From Pelagomonas calceolata (lineage: Eukaryota), in NCBI GenBank assembly GCA_918797485.1, contig CAKKNE010000001.1:3224001-3288000 (forward strand): a stretch of 64,000 nt of DNA. Direction: 5' to 3'. Position 1 is the stretch's first letter. Each line of letters opens with the position of its first letter. The translations under genes and the position numbers were made by a program. The notes beneath the pieces are model-generated. The model was given only the letters and a program-made list of their open reading frames with translations, did not search any database and was not told the origin of the DNA. Positions 32,501 through 42,900 of this stretch are shown here, in pieces.

Positions 32501-35500
32501 GAGTAATGCCGCAGCATCGGGATCGGAAGGCACGGGCGGGACACTATCGGCCTTAATGAGTTCCGCGAGCCAGTCCGCGTACTTCATGGATCCCGAATTC
32601 ATCTCCAGCCGTAACTGCTTCACGTAGGACGAGATGACGCGATTCGAACCTGCGCGGAGCATCGCGTCGCTCGACTCGGTCCGAACGGCCTCTTCAGCAA
32701 AAAAGAAACCACCCACGACCTCGTCTGATGGACACGAGTCGCCTCGATGGCGTGAAGGCGCCTCCACACGACGGGACGCCGAGATCGCACCGTCGGTGAC
32801 CTCCAGGTCAGGAATATCCCTAGGTGCATACGCCCCTTGCTCCACGACGAAGTGTGACTCAACAGCCTCTGTAGACGACATGAATTCAAACCGCCACGCT
32901 AGCGTGTCGGTCCTCATCCCGTGCGTGAACTCGTAGCGCGCACCTGCGTGTCCGAAACGCGCTCAAACTCGAAAAAGAAACCACCCCCGGCCATCGCTCC
33001 CGGAGACGAGTCGCATGGAAGGGAAGGCACCTTCATAAAACGCCGCGATCAGCACAGCCCGCGTACTCGTCCACAATATTTTTGGCCACCGCTACTTCTT
33101 GTAAATTGCGCAAATTCGGCCCGAGCTTCACGGTGCACCGGTCGGTCGGGTCTCCTAAGTCTGAAGCCATCGGATTTCTTTTGGTAATCGTAAATTCGAT
33201 CGTGTAGGCGTCGTGGCGAGGTAACGCCATCTCGCCTTCCAAGTATCCAGTTCGAGCCGTATGATGCGCGAAGCCCTGCATTCTTGGATTCCACCTTTGT
33301 TCCTTGGTCTCGTCCTCCATGAGTAAGCGCTCCTCGGCGGTCATCGCCGTCGAGGGTCTCGATTCTACCTGTTCATCTGGATCTTGCCTGCGCGCGAATC
33401 GAGTGATAGACACCATCGACGCGTCGCCGCGACGGCGTGGGGGCGAACATCCACGAGAACTGATACGCCATCGACGCGACACACGATTTGAGTCATGCAC
33501 CGGATCTCGCATGTCGCTCGAGACCCACTGTATTACATTAAGAGTCTTGGTCCGCCGCGCCCACCAGTCGAGCGACCCCTCGTGCCGTAGATTTATTTTT
33601 CTCAGTTTTGACCCTTTGGCCCAGAACAGCCGGATCGCCTGGACTAAATCGTGGCGCACGTCCTCGAATCTAGATTTCTTGACGCGCGTCGCGATGTTCG
33701 CTAATTTGACGAGCATCTCGTCGAGGTGTACCGTCTCGTTCTGGCGGTGGCGCTCGGCCGCCCAGAGGCCTCTTTCGAGTCTCGTGGCCTCTTCTCTTGT
33801 AGCTAAGATGGACTTGGACTGGTCGCGATAGACCTCCAGTTGCGAATGGCGCGTGATGGCCCGCAACGCCTCGGCCGGATTTGCTTGCAACGGATTGAGG
33901 CCGAGCGTCGGTACTTTCGATAATGAACGTCCTAGGATCATGGGCGGCGGGCCGAGGCCCGCGTCCGTCGACGACGCTTCCAGAGGTCGTCTCATTGTTA
34001 AACACTTCTCACTCAGAGCGGCCGCTCGCGCTCTAGCCGTCGAGGCGCCTTCTCTATGCGCCTTGGCTCTCGTCCTCAACACAGCCGACTCGTGGAGCAA
34101 TTTCGATTCTCTCCTGTGAAGGAACTTCATGCGCTCCGCGCGTCTTGCGCGACTATCTTTTTCTGCCTCGTTCGCGTCGCGGCGCGGCGGCCCGGCGATC
34201 CTCCTCCGCAACACCTCGTCCTCGGCCGCTAACTGTTTGCGTTCCGCACACAATCTACTTCTCTGAGCATCTAGATCGCGAGCCGAAGTCTCGAGAGCGT
34301 CGCAGTCCGCTTGCCGCGCGGACGCTTCGGCCGCCGCTTGGCCCCGTAGACCTTCGAGGTCCCCTAAAGCCTCCCACTGCTCCTCGATGACTGGGGTGGG
34401 TGTCCCATGGAACACTCGGACGCGTCCGTGGTCCGCCGCTGACTTACCATCCGTAATCGCACCAGGGATGATTTCACCCTCGGCGGTCGTGGCGCTGTCG
34501 GGAATCACGACGCCACCTCCACCGAACACTCCTAATGTCTTGCCAGATGGGAATGTAGTAGCAGGCGTCAAATCAGGACCTTTCACTTGTTCTATCGCTC
34601 TAGAAACCCGTACGGATTCCTCTTGTTCGGCTTGCCGCGCGGCTAATTCCGCATCTCTCTCGAGGAACTTCCGGTCCGCCTCCTTGCGTCTGAGTTTGGC
34701 TTCTAAGCGAGCATCTTTCGATACTTGAGTATAATGAGACGCGCGGAACTTGCGGCGCTGGAACATGGTCTCGCGGTAATGCAGAGCGGCCGCGGTGTTG
34801 GCCCCGGCCGCGGCCGCCTCGCGTTCCTCGATGAGGGACTGCGTCTTCTCCCGGTACGCTTTTAAATCTTTCTCGCGCTGGCGCGTCGCCGCGACTCTAG
34901 CTAGAGCCATCTTGAGGTCTTCTGACGGCTTCAGATGATCTAACAACCTCCCTCGACTCCGCTCGATGCCGGCCTTCCGGTACCGCAAAGCTTCCCGATC
35001 GCGCTCGATCTGTAGTCTTTGGCGCGTGATGGCCAGCGACCGCAGCTCGTGCTCCTCGATGCGTTTCAAATGTAAAACGCGCCGCCGCTCCCTCCGAGAA
35101 AACCCCGGCTCGGCCACCCTCCCAACAACTCTCCCAACAGTGCCCAGCTCCTTCTTCAGCAGCTTCCCGGCGTGCTGGAGGTTCCCTTTCACGTCCTTCC
35201 ACGACGTCGACGTCCGCCGCATGCGGTTCAGCCTGCGCGATTCAATATCGGAAAAGAGACCACCCACCGTCTTCTCTGATGGAGACGAGTCGTATGGACG
35301 TGAAGGCACCTTCATAAAACGCGGAGATCCACAAATCAATTTTCTCCTCGTAGTCCGTGTTCCCGGAAATGAAGTTCTTGTTGAAGTCCCGCTTCTCCTC
35401 CTCGCGCAATTTTTTGTTGAACTTCATGACCGTGAAGTCCTTGATGTCCTCGCCGGCCATGATCCAGGCGGCCTTGATGTCCGCGAGGGGGTCGTCGTCC

Positions 35501-35881
35501 TGCGTTGATTGATAGCGTCACGACACCGCCGCGGCTCTCGCGCGCGAGCGTGGACTCTCGTGTGATCATGACGACGGCGTCGAGGCGGCGCGGCATCGCG
35601 TCGACGCCGTCACGGCGACCACGTCATGCGCGGAGCATCGTATTCACTGGAAACGGTCCGAACGGCCCCAAATTCGAAAAAGAAACCAGCCACGACCTCC
35701 TCTCCCGGAGACGACGCATGCCGATGAAGGGAAGGCACCGCAACACCTCAAAACGCGGAGATCGCGCCTGCGCGATCTCCTCGTCCGTCTCCAAGTAGCC
35801 GCCGGCCTTGTCGTCCAGGGCCAAGCCTAACTGGAAGTCGGCCATGTTCGCGCCGAAGAGGCCCATGGCGCCCCTGCCCAT
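23586..35881 (-). CDS. Giant coiled-coil protein (~3070 aa), 22 exons, C-terminal Cys/His zinc-finger-like domain
   Basis: 21 introns: 24720-24970, 25749-26004, 26466-26578, 27042-27258, 28397-28450, 28594-28693, 29123-29366, 29945-30097, 30260-30307, 30447-30545, 30737-30838, 31004-31115, 31227-31336, 31510-31614, 31919-32172, 32356-32476, 32650-32790, 32944-33055, 33388-33510, 35233-35332, 35500-35767. Removing them leaves 9213 nt (3071 codons) and links the ORF fragments in frame. C-terminal CRTC...CGYHPG...WSCC...GC..H. Confidence 0.75.
25749..26004 (-). mobile_element. Introner family B (long copy)
   Basis: gtacgtatctcggcgtcccgtcgtgtggaggcgccttcacgccatcgacgcgactcgtgtccatcagacg...gctccgcgcag. 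Confidence 0.85.
27042..27258 (-). mobile_element. Introner family B
   Basis: gtgcgctctcggcgtcc...gactcgtgtccatcagacgagg...gatgctccgcgcag. Confidence 0.85.
28397..28450 (-). mobile_element. Introner family B, 54-bp deletion derivative
   Basis: gtgcgacgcggcgtctcgtggccatcgcacgatgacgtgggatgctccgcgcag. Confidence 0.75.
28594..28693 (-). mobile_element. Introner family B, GC-AG intron
   Basis: gcgcgatctccgcgttttgaag...gactcgtgtccatcagacgag...ccgcgcag; the GC donor is required for the frame. Confidence 0.8.
29123..29366 (-). mobile_element. Introner family B
   Basis: gtacgcatctcggcgtc...gtgggtggtttctttttcgagtttgagg...atgctccgcgcag; gtacg is repeated at the start of the next exon. Confidence 0.85.
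29945..30097 (-). mobile_element. Introner family B
   Basis: gtcggacgcggcgtccc...gactcgtgtccatcag...ttcggaccgtttccagtgaatacgatgctc. Confidence 0.8.
30275..30302. repeat. (TCAAGT)n hexamer repeat filling a 48-bp intron
   Basis: tcaagt x4 plus tcaa. Confidence 0.9.
30447..30545 (-). mobile_element. Introner family B
   Basis: cggcgtcccgtcgtgtggag...tgtccatcagacgaggccgttcggaccgcg...gctccgcgcag. Confidence 0.8.
30737..30830 (-). mobile_element. Introner family A (intron 30737-30838)
   Basis: ctgtgtggccagcaaccagtg end; TSD ctgtcgac/ctgccgac (7/8). Confidence 0.85.
31004..31115 (-). mobile_element. Introner family B
   Basis: gtgcgacctccgcgttttgaggtgttg...gtgggtggtttctttctcgagtttgaggctccgcgcag. 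Confidence 0.85.
31227..31336 (-). mobile_element. Introner family B
   Basis: gtgcgata...ttcacgccgtcgatgcgactcgtggcc...gtgggtggtctcttttc...ccgttcggaccg...ctccacacag. Confidence 0.8.
31510..31614 (-). mobile_element. Introner family B
   Basis: ggtgttgcggggccttcacttc...gactcgtggccatc...ggtggtctttttt...gaggccgttcgcgcgcag. Confidence 0.8.
32356..32476 (-). mobile_element. Introner family B
   Basis: gtgcgctcgccgcgttttgaag...gtgggtggtttctttgtcgactttgag...ccgcgcag. Confidence 0.8.
32650..32790 (-). mobile_element. Introner family B (near-consensus copy)
   Basis: gtgcgatctcggcgtcccgtcgtgtggaggcgccttcacgccatcgaggcgactcgtgtccatcagacgaggtcgtgggtggtttctttttg...gaggccgttcggaccg...gatgctccgcgcag. Confidence 0.9.
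32944..33055 (-). mobile_element. Introner family B
   Basis: gtgctgatcgcggcgttttatgaaggtgccttc...ggtggtttctttttcgagtttgag...cacgcag. Confidence 0.8.
33388..33510 (-). mobile_element. Degenerate introner with 8-bp TSD and GC donor
   Basis: TSD gatcttgc (33380-33387) / gatctcgc (33503-33510); contains the ccatcgacgcg core twice. Confidence 0.65.
35233..35332 (-). mobile_element. Introner family B
   Basis: gtggatctccgcgttttatgaaggtgccttcacg...gactcgtctccatcag...gtgggtggtctcttttcc...cgcgcag. Confidence 0.8.
35500..35767 (-). mobile_element. Introner family B with GC donor and extended 3' part
   Basis: gcgcgatctccgcgttttgaggtgttgcggtgccttc...; the consensus end reads gatgctccgcgcat at ~35626, and the intron continues to AG at 35500. 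Confidence 0.75.
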
Positions 35882-36089
35882 GGTTTATGACGGCGGGGGC
35901 CCGGTCCGGGCTGCCTACGGCTCAAGCCTAGCTCTGGGCGGCTGCCGGGCGGACGGCGGTGGGGTGCTGCCCGGCGTGCGGTAGCCGCCACGCGTCGACG
36001 TCGGGAGCCCGCGACCAGCACGTCGGGGTCCGGTGAGCCGGCGGGCGTAGCCTGCCCCGAGCAAAGCTGAGCGCTGGGTTTGCTTTTGG

Positions 36090-36114
36090 TTGCTAGTGTC
36101 TTACCGCCGCTAGC
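36090..36114 (-). promoter_or_regulatory. Recurrent upstream motif
   Basis: Reverse complement gctagcggcggtaagacactagcaa. Confidence 0.55.
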
Positions 36115-36324
36115 TGTGTACGCACCGCACCGCTGCAAGGCGCCATCGAGGCGCCGGGCGCCCCCTCCCAGCATTCATCCAGACCACGATGAGGTGAGCG
36201 ACCTAGTAAAACAGGCAAAAGGCGCGCCACCGGCGGCCGCGCGGGGACGCCCCCTAGCGACGTAACAAGAGACACGACGTGTATGCCAGGACGCCCGCCG
36301 CCGCAATGATACAAGCATATAGAC

Positions 36325-37392
36325 TTAGACCACGACCTCCACCGCCGCGAACTGCCACACCCTGGGCAGCTTCTCCAACCGCTCCCGCGGCCCCGCGGTA
36401 TACCGCGCGTTGACCCACTCGAGCAGCCTAGCTGGTTGGGGCCCCAAGGCGTCGTCGTGCACCTTCAACGACAGGAACCGTGAAAGACCGTCGACGGTCA
36501 CCGCCGTCCCCAGACAGTCCAAGCATCGGATCGGACCGACTTGACACAAAGCATCTAAGCAAGCGTCGTCGAAGAATTCCGTCCACTGCACGCGCACGTC
36601 CGACAGATGTTGGAGAGACGCACACGCGGCCACGAAGCCAGACGAGGAAAAGTGGCCGTAGCTGCCCCCAAAAACTCTTAGTGACGGTACTTTTTTTGCG
36701 AGTACTGTGAGAAACGCGTCATCACACCCGAGCCCGCCCACGGCGATCCCGGATAGACATCTTTGATCGTCCGTCGACTTGCGCTTCGCGGTGGATGAGA
36801 CATAAGTTGACGCTCCTTTTATGCTCATGTTGAAATTGCCGCCCACGTCGACGTCCTCCAGCACGCGCGCTGCTTGTAACGAGGTAAATGCGCTATCCGT
36901 GAGCTTGCGGCAGTCTCTCAGATTCAACCTTCTTAGGGTTGCTGCGCACGCGTCCACTATGATAGCTAGCGCAGCATCGTCCAACTGGAGGCACGATCCT
37001 AAATCTAAACAAGATAAAGTTTCGGACGTCTTTGCTTGCGCCTGCGCCAACATCAGAAACGGCGCCCTTGCGCGACACGCCGCGAGCGACAACGTGTCCA
37101 CGCGTAGAGACTCGAAGAACTTCGGCGGCAGCACGCCATCCACTAAAGCGCCGCGCGCAGCCAATGTAGCTAGCAATTGGGGCCGCGCCTCCGGCCGCGG
37201 CCTTCTTCTCGCGTCGCTCGTAGATTGCTCGACGGCGGCCCAGCGGTCCCTATGTACGGTCTGCGCCTCGCACCGCAGGAACGCGTCTTTACTTGATCGC
37301 AGTAAAGCGGGGTGCGTCTCCTCACCATGTCGCAGGCACCGCGCCGGGTCCTCCGTTATCCGATTCAGGCAGAGGTCGGTCAGGGAGAACAT
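36325..37392 (-). CDS. Leucine-rich repeat (RNI-like/FBXL-type) protein
   Basis: LSCLDLGSCLQLDD, LRRLNLRDCRKLTD and LDCLGTAVT are cysteine-containing LRRs. Confidence 0.75.
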   Translation of the reverse strand: MFSLTDLCLNRITEDPARCLRHGEETHPALLRSSKDAFLRCEAQTVHRDRWAAVEQSTSDARRRPRPEARPQLLATLAARGALVDGVLPPKFFESLRVDTLSLAACRARAPFLMLAQAQAKTSETLSCLDLGSCLQLDDAALAIIVDACAATLRRLNLRDCRKLTDSAFTSLQAARVLEDVDVGGNFNMSIKGASTYVSSTAKRKSTDDQRCLSGIAVGGLGCDDAFLTVLAKKVPSLRVFGGSYGHFSSSGFVAACASLQHLSDVRVQWTEFFDDACLDALCQVGPIRCLDCLGTAVTVDGLSRFLSLKVHDDALGPQPARLLEWVNARYTAGPRERLEKLPRVWQFAAVEVVV

Positions 37393-37774
37393 GCTGTGGC
37401 ACGCGCCCCCACCCACCTCTGGGAGAGTGCTCTGCCAACCTATGCGGGATCACCCGAATGGCTGATGGGATGGGTGCGAGCGCTGCAGCCCGCGCAAAAT
37501 GGAGGTCTAAACCGATCGTCGGTTGGCAGTGGCTGCTCGGGCGTCGCGGCGCATGCGGCAGCAGTCTCTAGTGTGTTACAGTCCGCTAGGTCGGAAGCTG
37601 CGGCTTTGCGGCGCGTCGTGCGAAGGGTACGAGCCAGCACGCGTGGGACAGCGCTTTGCCCTCGCGGACGACGAGTGCAAGCGTTCGAGCGAGCAGTAAC
37701 GCGTGACACCCAAAAACAAAGCCACCACCTCGGAGAGCAAAAGTGCTGCACGCGCAACCGCACGCCTGCGAGAA

Positions 37775-38554
37775 ATGATGGCGACCGCTGCTCGACGCCT
37801 ATTAGTCCGCCGCGGCCCGACGCGCCGGCTCGGCACGGCGCCGCCGCCGCCGCCCGCCGGCGCGGCGCTCCGCCTCTTCGGCTACTCCATTTGTCCGTTC
37901 TGCCATTTTGTAAGAAGCGCCGCGCGCTACACGAAGACGACGATAGCCCTCACGGAGGTCAATCCGCTGACCAAGGCCGAAATCAAGTTCAGCGAGACGC
38001 ATCGGAAGGTGCCGATCGCGGTTTTTGACGACGGGTCGATTGTCGTCGAGTCCGCGGCGATTGTGGACGAACTCCTCCGGCGGTCGCCGCCCTCGGAAGA
38101 TTTCGCTTCAGAATCCGCGCGCACGTGGGCGGCCTGGGCAACTCATGAATTGGCGCCGATGGTCTACCCGAACCTCACGAAGACGTACGGCGAGTGCCGC
38201 CGAGCTTTATCTTACGCCGACGGGGCCTTTGGGCCAATGGATGCGCTCCTGATCAAGCACGTGGGCGCGCTGGGCATGAGCCTGGCGCACGGCAAGATCA
38301 AGAGGAAGTACGGCATCGAGGACGAGCGGGCGGCGCTCTTCGAGAAACTGGCGACGTGGGAGGCGCGTATTGGAGATCGGCCGTTCCGGGGCGGCGACGC
38401 GCCGGACCTGGCGGACGTCGCCGTGCACGGCGTCCTGGGGGCCGTGGCCGGTCTGCCGGCGCGCGACGACGTCGTGGAGGCGCACCCGAAGATCGGGGCC
38501 TGGCTGGAGCGCGTCGAGGCGGCGCTCGGCGGGGAGAGGGTCGTGGTGAGGTAA
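37775..38554 (+). CDS. PTGES2: Prostaglandin E synthase 2-like glutaredoxin/GST protein
   Basis: YSICPFC, EVNPLTKAEIKFS..RKVPI, ES..I, F.GGDAPDLADVAVHGVL. Confidence 0.85.
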   Translation: MMATAARRLLVRRGPTRRLGTAPPPPPAGAALRLFGYSICPFCHFVRSAARYTKTTIALTEVNPLTKAEIKFSETHRKVPIAVFDDGSIVVESAAIVDELLRRSPPSEDFASESARTWAAWATHELAPMVYPNLTKTYGECRRALSYADGAFGPMDALLIKHVGALGMSLAHGKIKRKYGIEDERAALFEKLATWEARIGDRPFRGGDAPDLADVAVHGVLGAVAGLPARDDVVEAHPKIGAWLERVEAALGGERVVVR

Positions 38555-38562
38555 GGACAAGT

Positions 38563-39708
38563 TTATAAACACGGCGGCACCGCCACCTGAATTACGGCGC
38601 CCGGGGCGCTGCCGGGCGGGACGGTCACTTGGACCGTGCGGCCGTCCGGCAGCGGGCAACTGAGCACGGAACCCGGTCCAGTACCGGGCGGGATGGTGAC
38701 CGCTATGGTCTGCTGTTGCGGTACGACCGTCGCCGCGTACGTCACCGGCGCCACGTTCGGGTGGGCCCTTCGAGACGCTCTTCCCCGGTGGTTCGCTTGC
38801 AATAAACGAGCGGCATCGTACTGCTGCGCCGCCGGCGCGACCTTGGCGCCGCCCGCGTCGTCCTGCGGTCCGTATTTGTGCGCGACCAGGCCCACCGCCG
38901 CCGCGACGAGGAGAAACGCCGCGGCGCCGTGGACGCCGGCCGCGGCGCCGACCAGCCGTTCGTCGCACCCGCCCTTCGAGAACTTCCCGATCGGCCCGAA
39001 GTGCGACGCCCAGAGCGCGAAGCCGATGGTCACGAGCAAACAACCCAGAAGCCAAGCGCAGAGGGACCAGCCGAAGCGCGACCCTGCGGTCCCGGACGGG
39101 TCCAAGCGCTTGCGCAGAATCTTTGTAGAAGCCCAGCCGAGCACTGCGGAGCAAAACACGGCGACGAGGCAGAGCCAGAACGCCGCGGGCGACCGCATGC
39201 CGCCGACGTCGTCGTGGGGCCGGCACGTGTAGACGTGCTGGGCCGGGCTCTCGTAGTCGTCGCCGCCGCCGCCGCCGTACAACCGGCGACCGCCGTCGTC
39301 GTCCCACGGGACCTCGGCGTCGTCCAGCAGGACCTCGTCGGCGAGTCGTCGGTCGCCGCCATACCCCGACCCCACGAGCCGCGTCCTACCACACCCATCC
39401 TTCCCGAGGTCCTTGCACTTCATGTAACAAGTATCGGCGCCGCAGGCCTCGGCCCAGTCGTCCCTCTCCTCCTTGATCAGCGCCTCGTCGCCGTACTGCT
39501 GCACGGCGTCGCACTCGGCGTCCGCGTCGCAGAGGGCGAAGGCCTCGGCCCGCGACGCCGTCGGCCTGCCCTTGAAGAGGTGATCGGAGTTCCGCGACTT
39601 GTGCGCGCACGACGTCCGCCGCACCTTCTGGAACACGCAGCGCGCGTAGGTGTTTGTGTAGTTCGTGGCGTTCATTGCTGCCGCGTGGGCTGCGAGCCAT
39701 CCCGCCAT
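38563..39708 (-). CDS. Hypothetical membrane protein (Cys-rich N-terminus, 3 TM segments)
   Basis: 381-aa ORF with three hydrophobic stretches and a C-terminal VTIPPG..PG repeat pair. Confidence 0.6.
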   Translation of the reverse strand: MAGWLAAHAAAMNATNYTNTYARCVFQKVRRTSCAHKSRNSDHLFKGRPTASRAEAFALCDADAECDAVQQYGDEALIKEERDDWAEACGADTCYMKCKDLGKDGCGRTRLVGSGYGGDRRLADEVLLDDAEVPWDDDGGRRLYGGGGGDDYESPAQHVYTCRPHDDVGGMRSPAAFWLCLVAVFCSAVLGWASTKILRKRLDPSGTAGSRFGWSLCAWLLGCLLVTIGFALWASHFGPIGKFSKGGCDERLVGAAAGVHGAAAFLLVAAAVGLVAHKYGPQDDAGGAKVAPAAQQYDAARLLQANHRGRASRRAHPNVAPVTYAATVVPQQQTIAVTIPPGTGPGSVLSCPLPDGRTVQVTVPPGSAPGAVIQVAVPPCL

Positions 39709-39926
39709 GGCTGCTCCTCTCGTGGTCGCGGCTGCGGGCTGCTGTGGGCTGGCTGCTGGTGTAATTGCGGGCTGCGGTGGGGTTGTCGGGCTGCTGCTGG
39801 TGCAACTTGCGCAAGCTTCGCAAGCGAACGCACCTCACTGGGAGATAACCGCTACTCTACTGGGAGAGTGCGCGCTGCGTGCGATCAACCTCATCTTGCA
39901 ATCTAGCTCTAGGTTCAGACGGCGAG

Positions 39927-42900
39927 ATGGCTACGCGAGATGCCAACCGCGAAACGACGAGCGACCCTCTTCGCCGACCGATCCCTCCCCGCGAACAACA
40001 CACGGTTATTAGCAGGCAGCCCACTAAAAAACAAAAACACATCTCCGGCAGCGCCAGCGCTATCCAAATACGAGCGGAGGCGGCGAGGCGTGCCGCCAAA
40101 GGGCAGCCGGCCATGGGGCAGCCCGCAAAAGTGGACGTCGAGGCGCCGGTGCCGGAGCTGAAGTCGCCGACGCTGCGCACGAGGGACACAGTGGGGCTGC
40201 GGGACGCGCTGCTGGCCCGGAAGGCGAAAAAGCTCCAGGCGACGCGGCTGGGGTTCCTGTTCTTGTATATGACGCTACTCTTCGGGGTCTGGATTCTCGC
40301 GTTGCGGCACAACCGCATCTCGCTCTATGAGCTCGAGTTCAATCCCCACAAACCGTTGGGGGTCGTGTTGAAAGGCTGCGATCTCGTGGTCAAGCGCGGG
40401 CCTGACGCGCGGGTGCGCCTCAAGACGCACCTCTCGAGCGCGGCGTCAAGCACAGTGCATAAATCAAATTGTCGGCGCGTCTCGCACTCGACGCACGGGT
40501 TGATTTCCACACAGGTCGGCGAGCATCCAGATGCGCAGCGGCAAGCTCGAACGGATTACGGCGACGAACTCGTTACCAGGCGGCTGCGACGCGTCGCCCG
40601 GTCTAAGGTGCGCGCCGATCTGCAAGCTCACGGTTGAAGTACCCCATGCGAAGGAGATCGTAAGGTTAGATATTAATCAAGATGCGGCCGACGAGGCGGA
40701 CCACGTGAAGGTGGTCCTCAAAGATGTTAAAATCAAAGATTGTAGGGTGAACGGGCCGCGCGTCGAGCTCGTCGTCAAGGACACAATACATGAGTCGATA
40801 CTGAAGGCGCAATTGGAGTCCGGCACGATCCGGGCGTCGCATGTGCGAGGCGGCGCGTTGTTCCTCAAAAGCGCCCGAGGCAACATCTACGTCGACGATG
40901 AATCCACGGATAGCTGGGATTTGAATTGGCGCGCCGGTTCTAACCAAGCCTGCTTCGAGACCTTCGGGAGCGGTGCGCGCGACGCCCTGTCCATCGACTA
41001 TTCTGGCAGAACGGTGGACGGAGTCTTGACCTGTGTGGAAATCAAATTGTCGCGGCGCGTCTCCGCCACTGCTGAATCATGGCCTTACGCCATCGACGCG
41101 ACGCCACCTCGACGGCGTGGCGGTGTGGGTCTTACACGACTCGATTCAGTCATCAGGGACGCGTCGTCGCCGAGAAATGACTTAGGCACCCGACACACGG
41201 GTTGATTTCCACACAGGTCTGGACCCCGAAGCAGGTCTTCTCGAACTCCACAACAGGCTCATGGTGGACGGACTGCAACCCCCAATCATTGTGGTGGAAG
41301 ACGCAGGTCTTCGCGACCTACGACGGCGACGCGGACGGGAGAATCACGAAGGACGAGTTCCGGGAAGGCTACGAGAAATTGGGAAGGTGCTGCGGCGGCG
41401 GCTGCCCCCAGTGGTCCTGGTGCGGCGTCTTGGAGGACGAGGTGTTTCCTTCCGTAGATAACACTGGAACACTGTTGATGGGCAGCAACGTGGTCACGTC
41501 CGGATCATTCCTCGACAAACTGGAGGGGATGGGCGACACTACATTAATTCCGGGGTGTCACAGAGTAGCCACTGTTGAAGATAGTACTACTAGACGAAGT
41601 GTTACGCTATGGAGCGACGCGGGCGAAGTTCGCTTCACGAAAGGTGTTGATAGGACTACTGACGACCACGGCGTCTTTCGGGATACGGGCCAACCAGACG
41701 GTTTAAGACTGGCGAAGTACGATAGTGATGCCTTAATTAGTGAAATACGAGACGTCTATGGCGCCAATGACGCGGAGGGCGACGTGCTGGTCGTTATTGA
41801 TGTGGTCTCCTCACCAGGTGTCCCGGAGCAGCGCTGGATTTATGCTACTAGAAAGATTTTCCTCGAGATCGACCCCCCGACGCTCCACTTATTATCTTTA
41901 GGACTACTCGTACCGGACATGAAGAGGTATCGAGTGCACTTTACGAACGGTGCAATCTCGGCGTTTTGAGGTGTAGAGGCGCCTTCACGCCGTCGACGCG
42001 CGTCGTCTCCATCAGATGAGGTCGTGGGAGGTTTCTTTTTCGAGTTTGAGGCCGTTCGGACCGCGTCGAGCGACCGCGATGCTCCACGCAGGCGTCTGTG
42101 GCGATCATAACGCGACAGATGTAAAAACAGCAACGCTGGAGATCTACTCTCAATTATATCAGGCTCTAGTTCCCAGGTTCCAGCAGAGCGGGCTGCGGGG
42201 CATGCTCGTGCGGCTCGAGAGACAAAAAAGAAGAACGCTGCCTGCCTTAGGGAAGATGTGGGCCTACCCCAGTCGCGTGGGCACACTAACGGGAGCCAAC
42301 ACACCGACGGACCCCTACGAGACGCCCTACAACGAGGTGCGGCAGGGGACGCCGCGCACGGCCTTAGTTTTTAGTGCTGCGCTTGGCGTCTTCGTCGCTA
42401 TTTTCAGTACATTGGCCCTGATCAAGGTCGCGACGATACTCGTGGATAATCATGAAAGAAAACAACAGGTAAGACACCAGATGGAGGCGGCCAAGCAATT
42501 AGCTGCTTTGGGTGCGTCGGAACAAGAGATCAAAGCCGCCCTGAGGCCGCCCCCGAAACCGCCTCGCAAGACGGGCTGGAAGCGGTTCTTGCAAGTCCCC
42601 AAAAATCCCTTGGCCAAGCCGCTGCGCCTGTTCACTATTTTTGTGGCCAAGCCCCTGAAGCGGCACTACGTTAATAGTGTGAAAGCGTTTGTGCAGGCCG
42701 AGTGTTTATTGCGACCTGTTCGAGGTGGCGTGGTGGTCGAAGACAAGCCTGCTGATGCGAGCGCACCGGCCCCGGCACCGGGAGAGCAGCTGCGGTCCAT
42801 GCCTGTGTGGAAATCATGACCTTACGCCATCGACGCGACGCCACCGCGATGGACGCTGGTTGATTGCCACACAGGTCCATCCACGCGTCGCTCGACGGCG

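Noticed and set aside
23586..35881. Regularly recurring repeats separated by unique sequence (CRISPR-like appearance)
   Set aside because: The repeats are long, variable GT/GC-AG introns and the spacers are in-frame exons; there are no cas genes and the context is eukaryotic.
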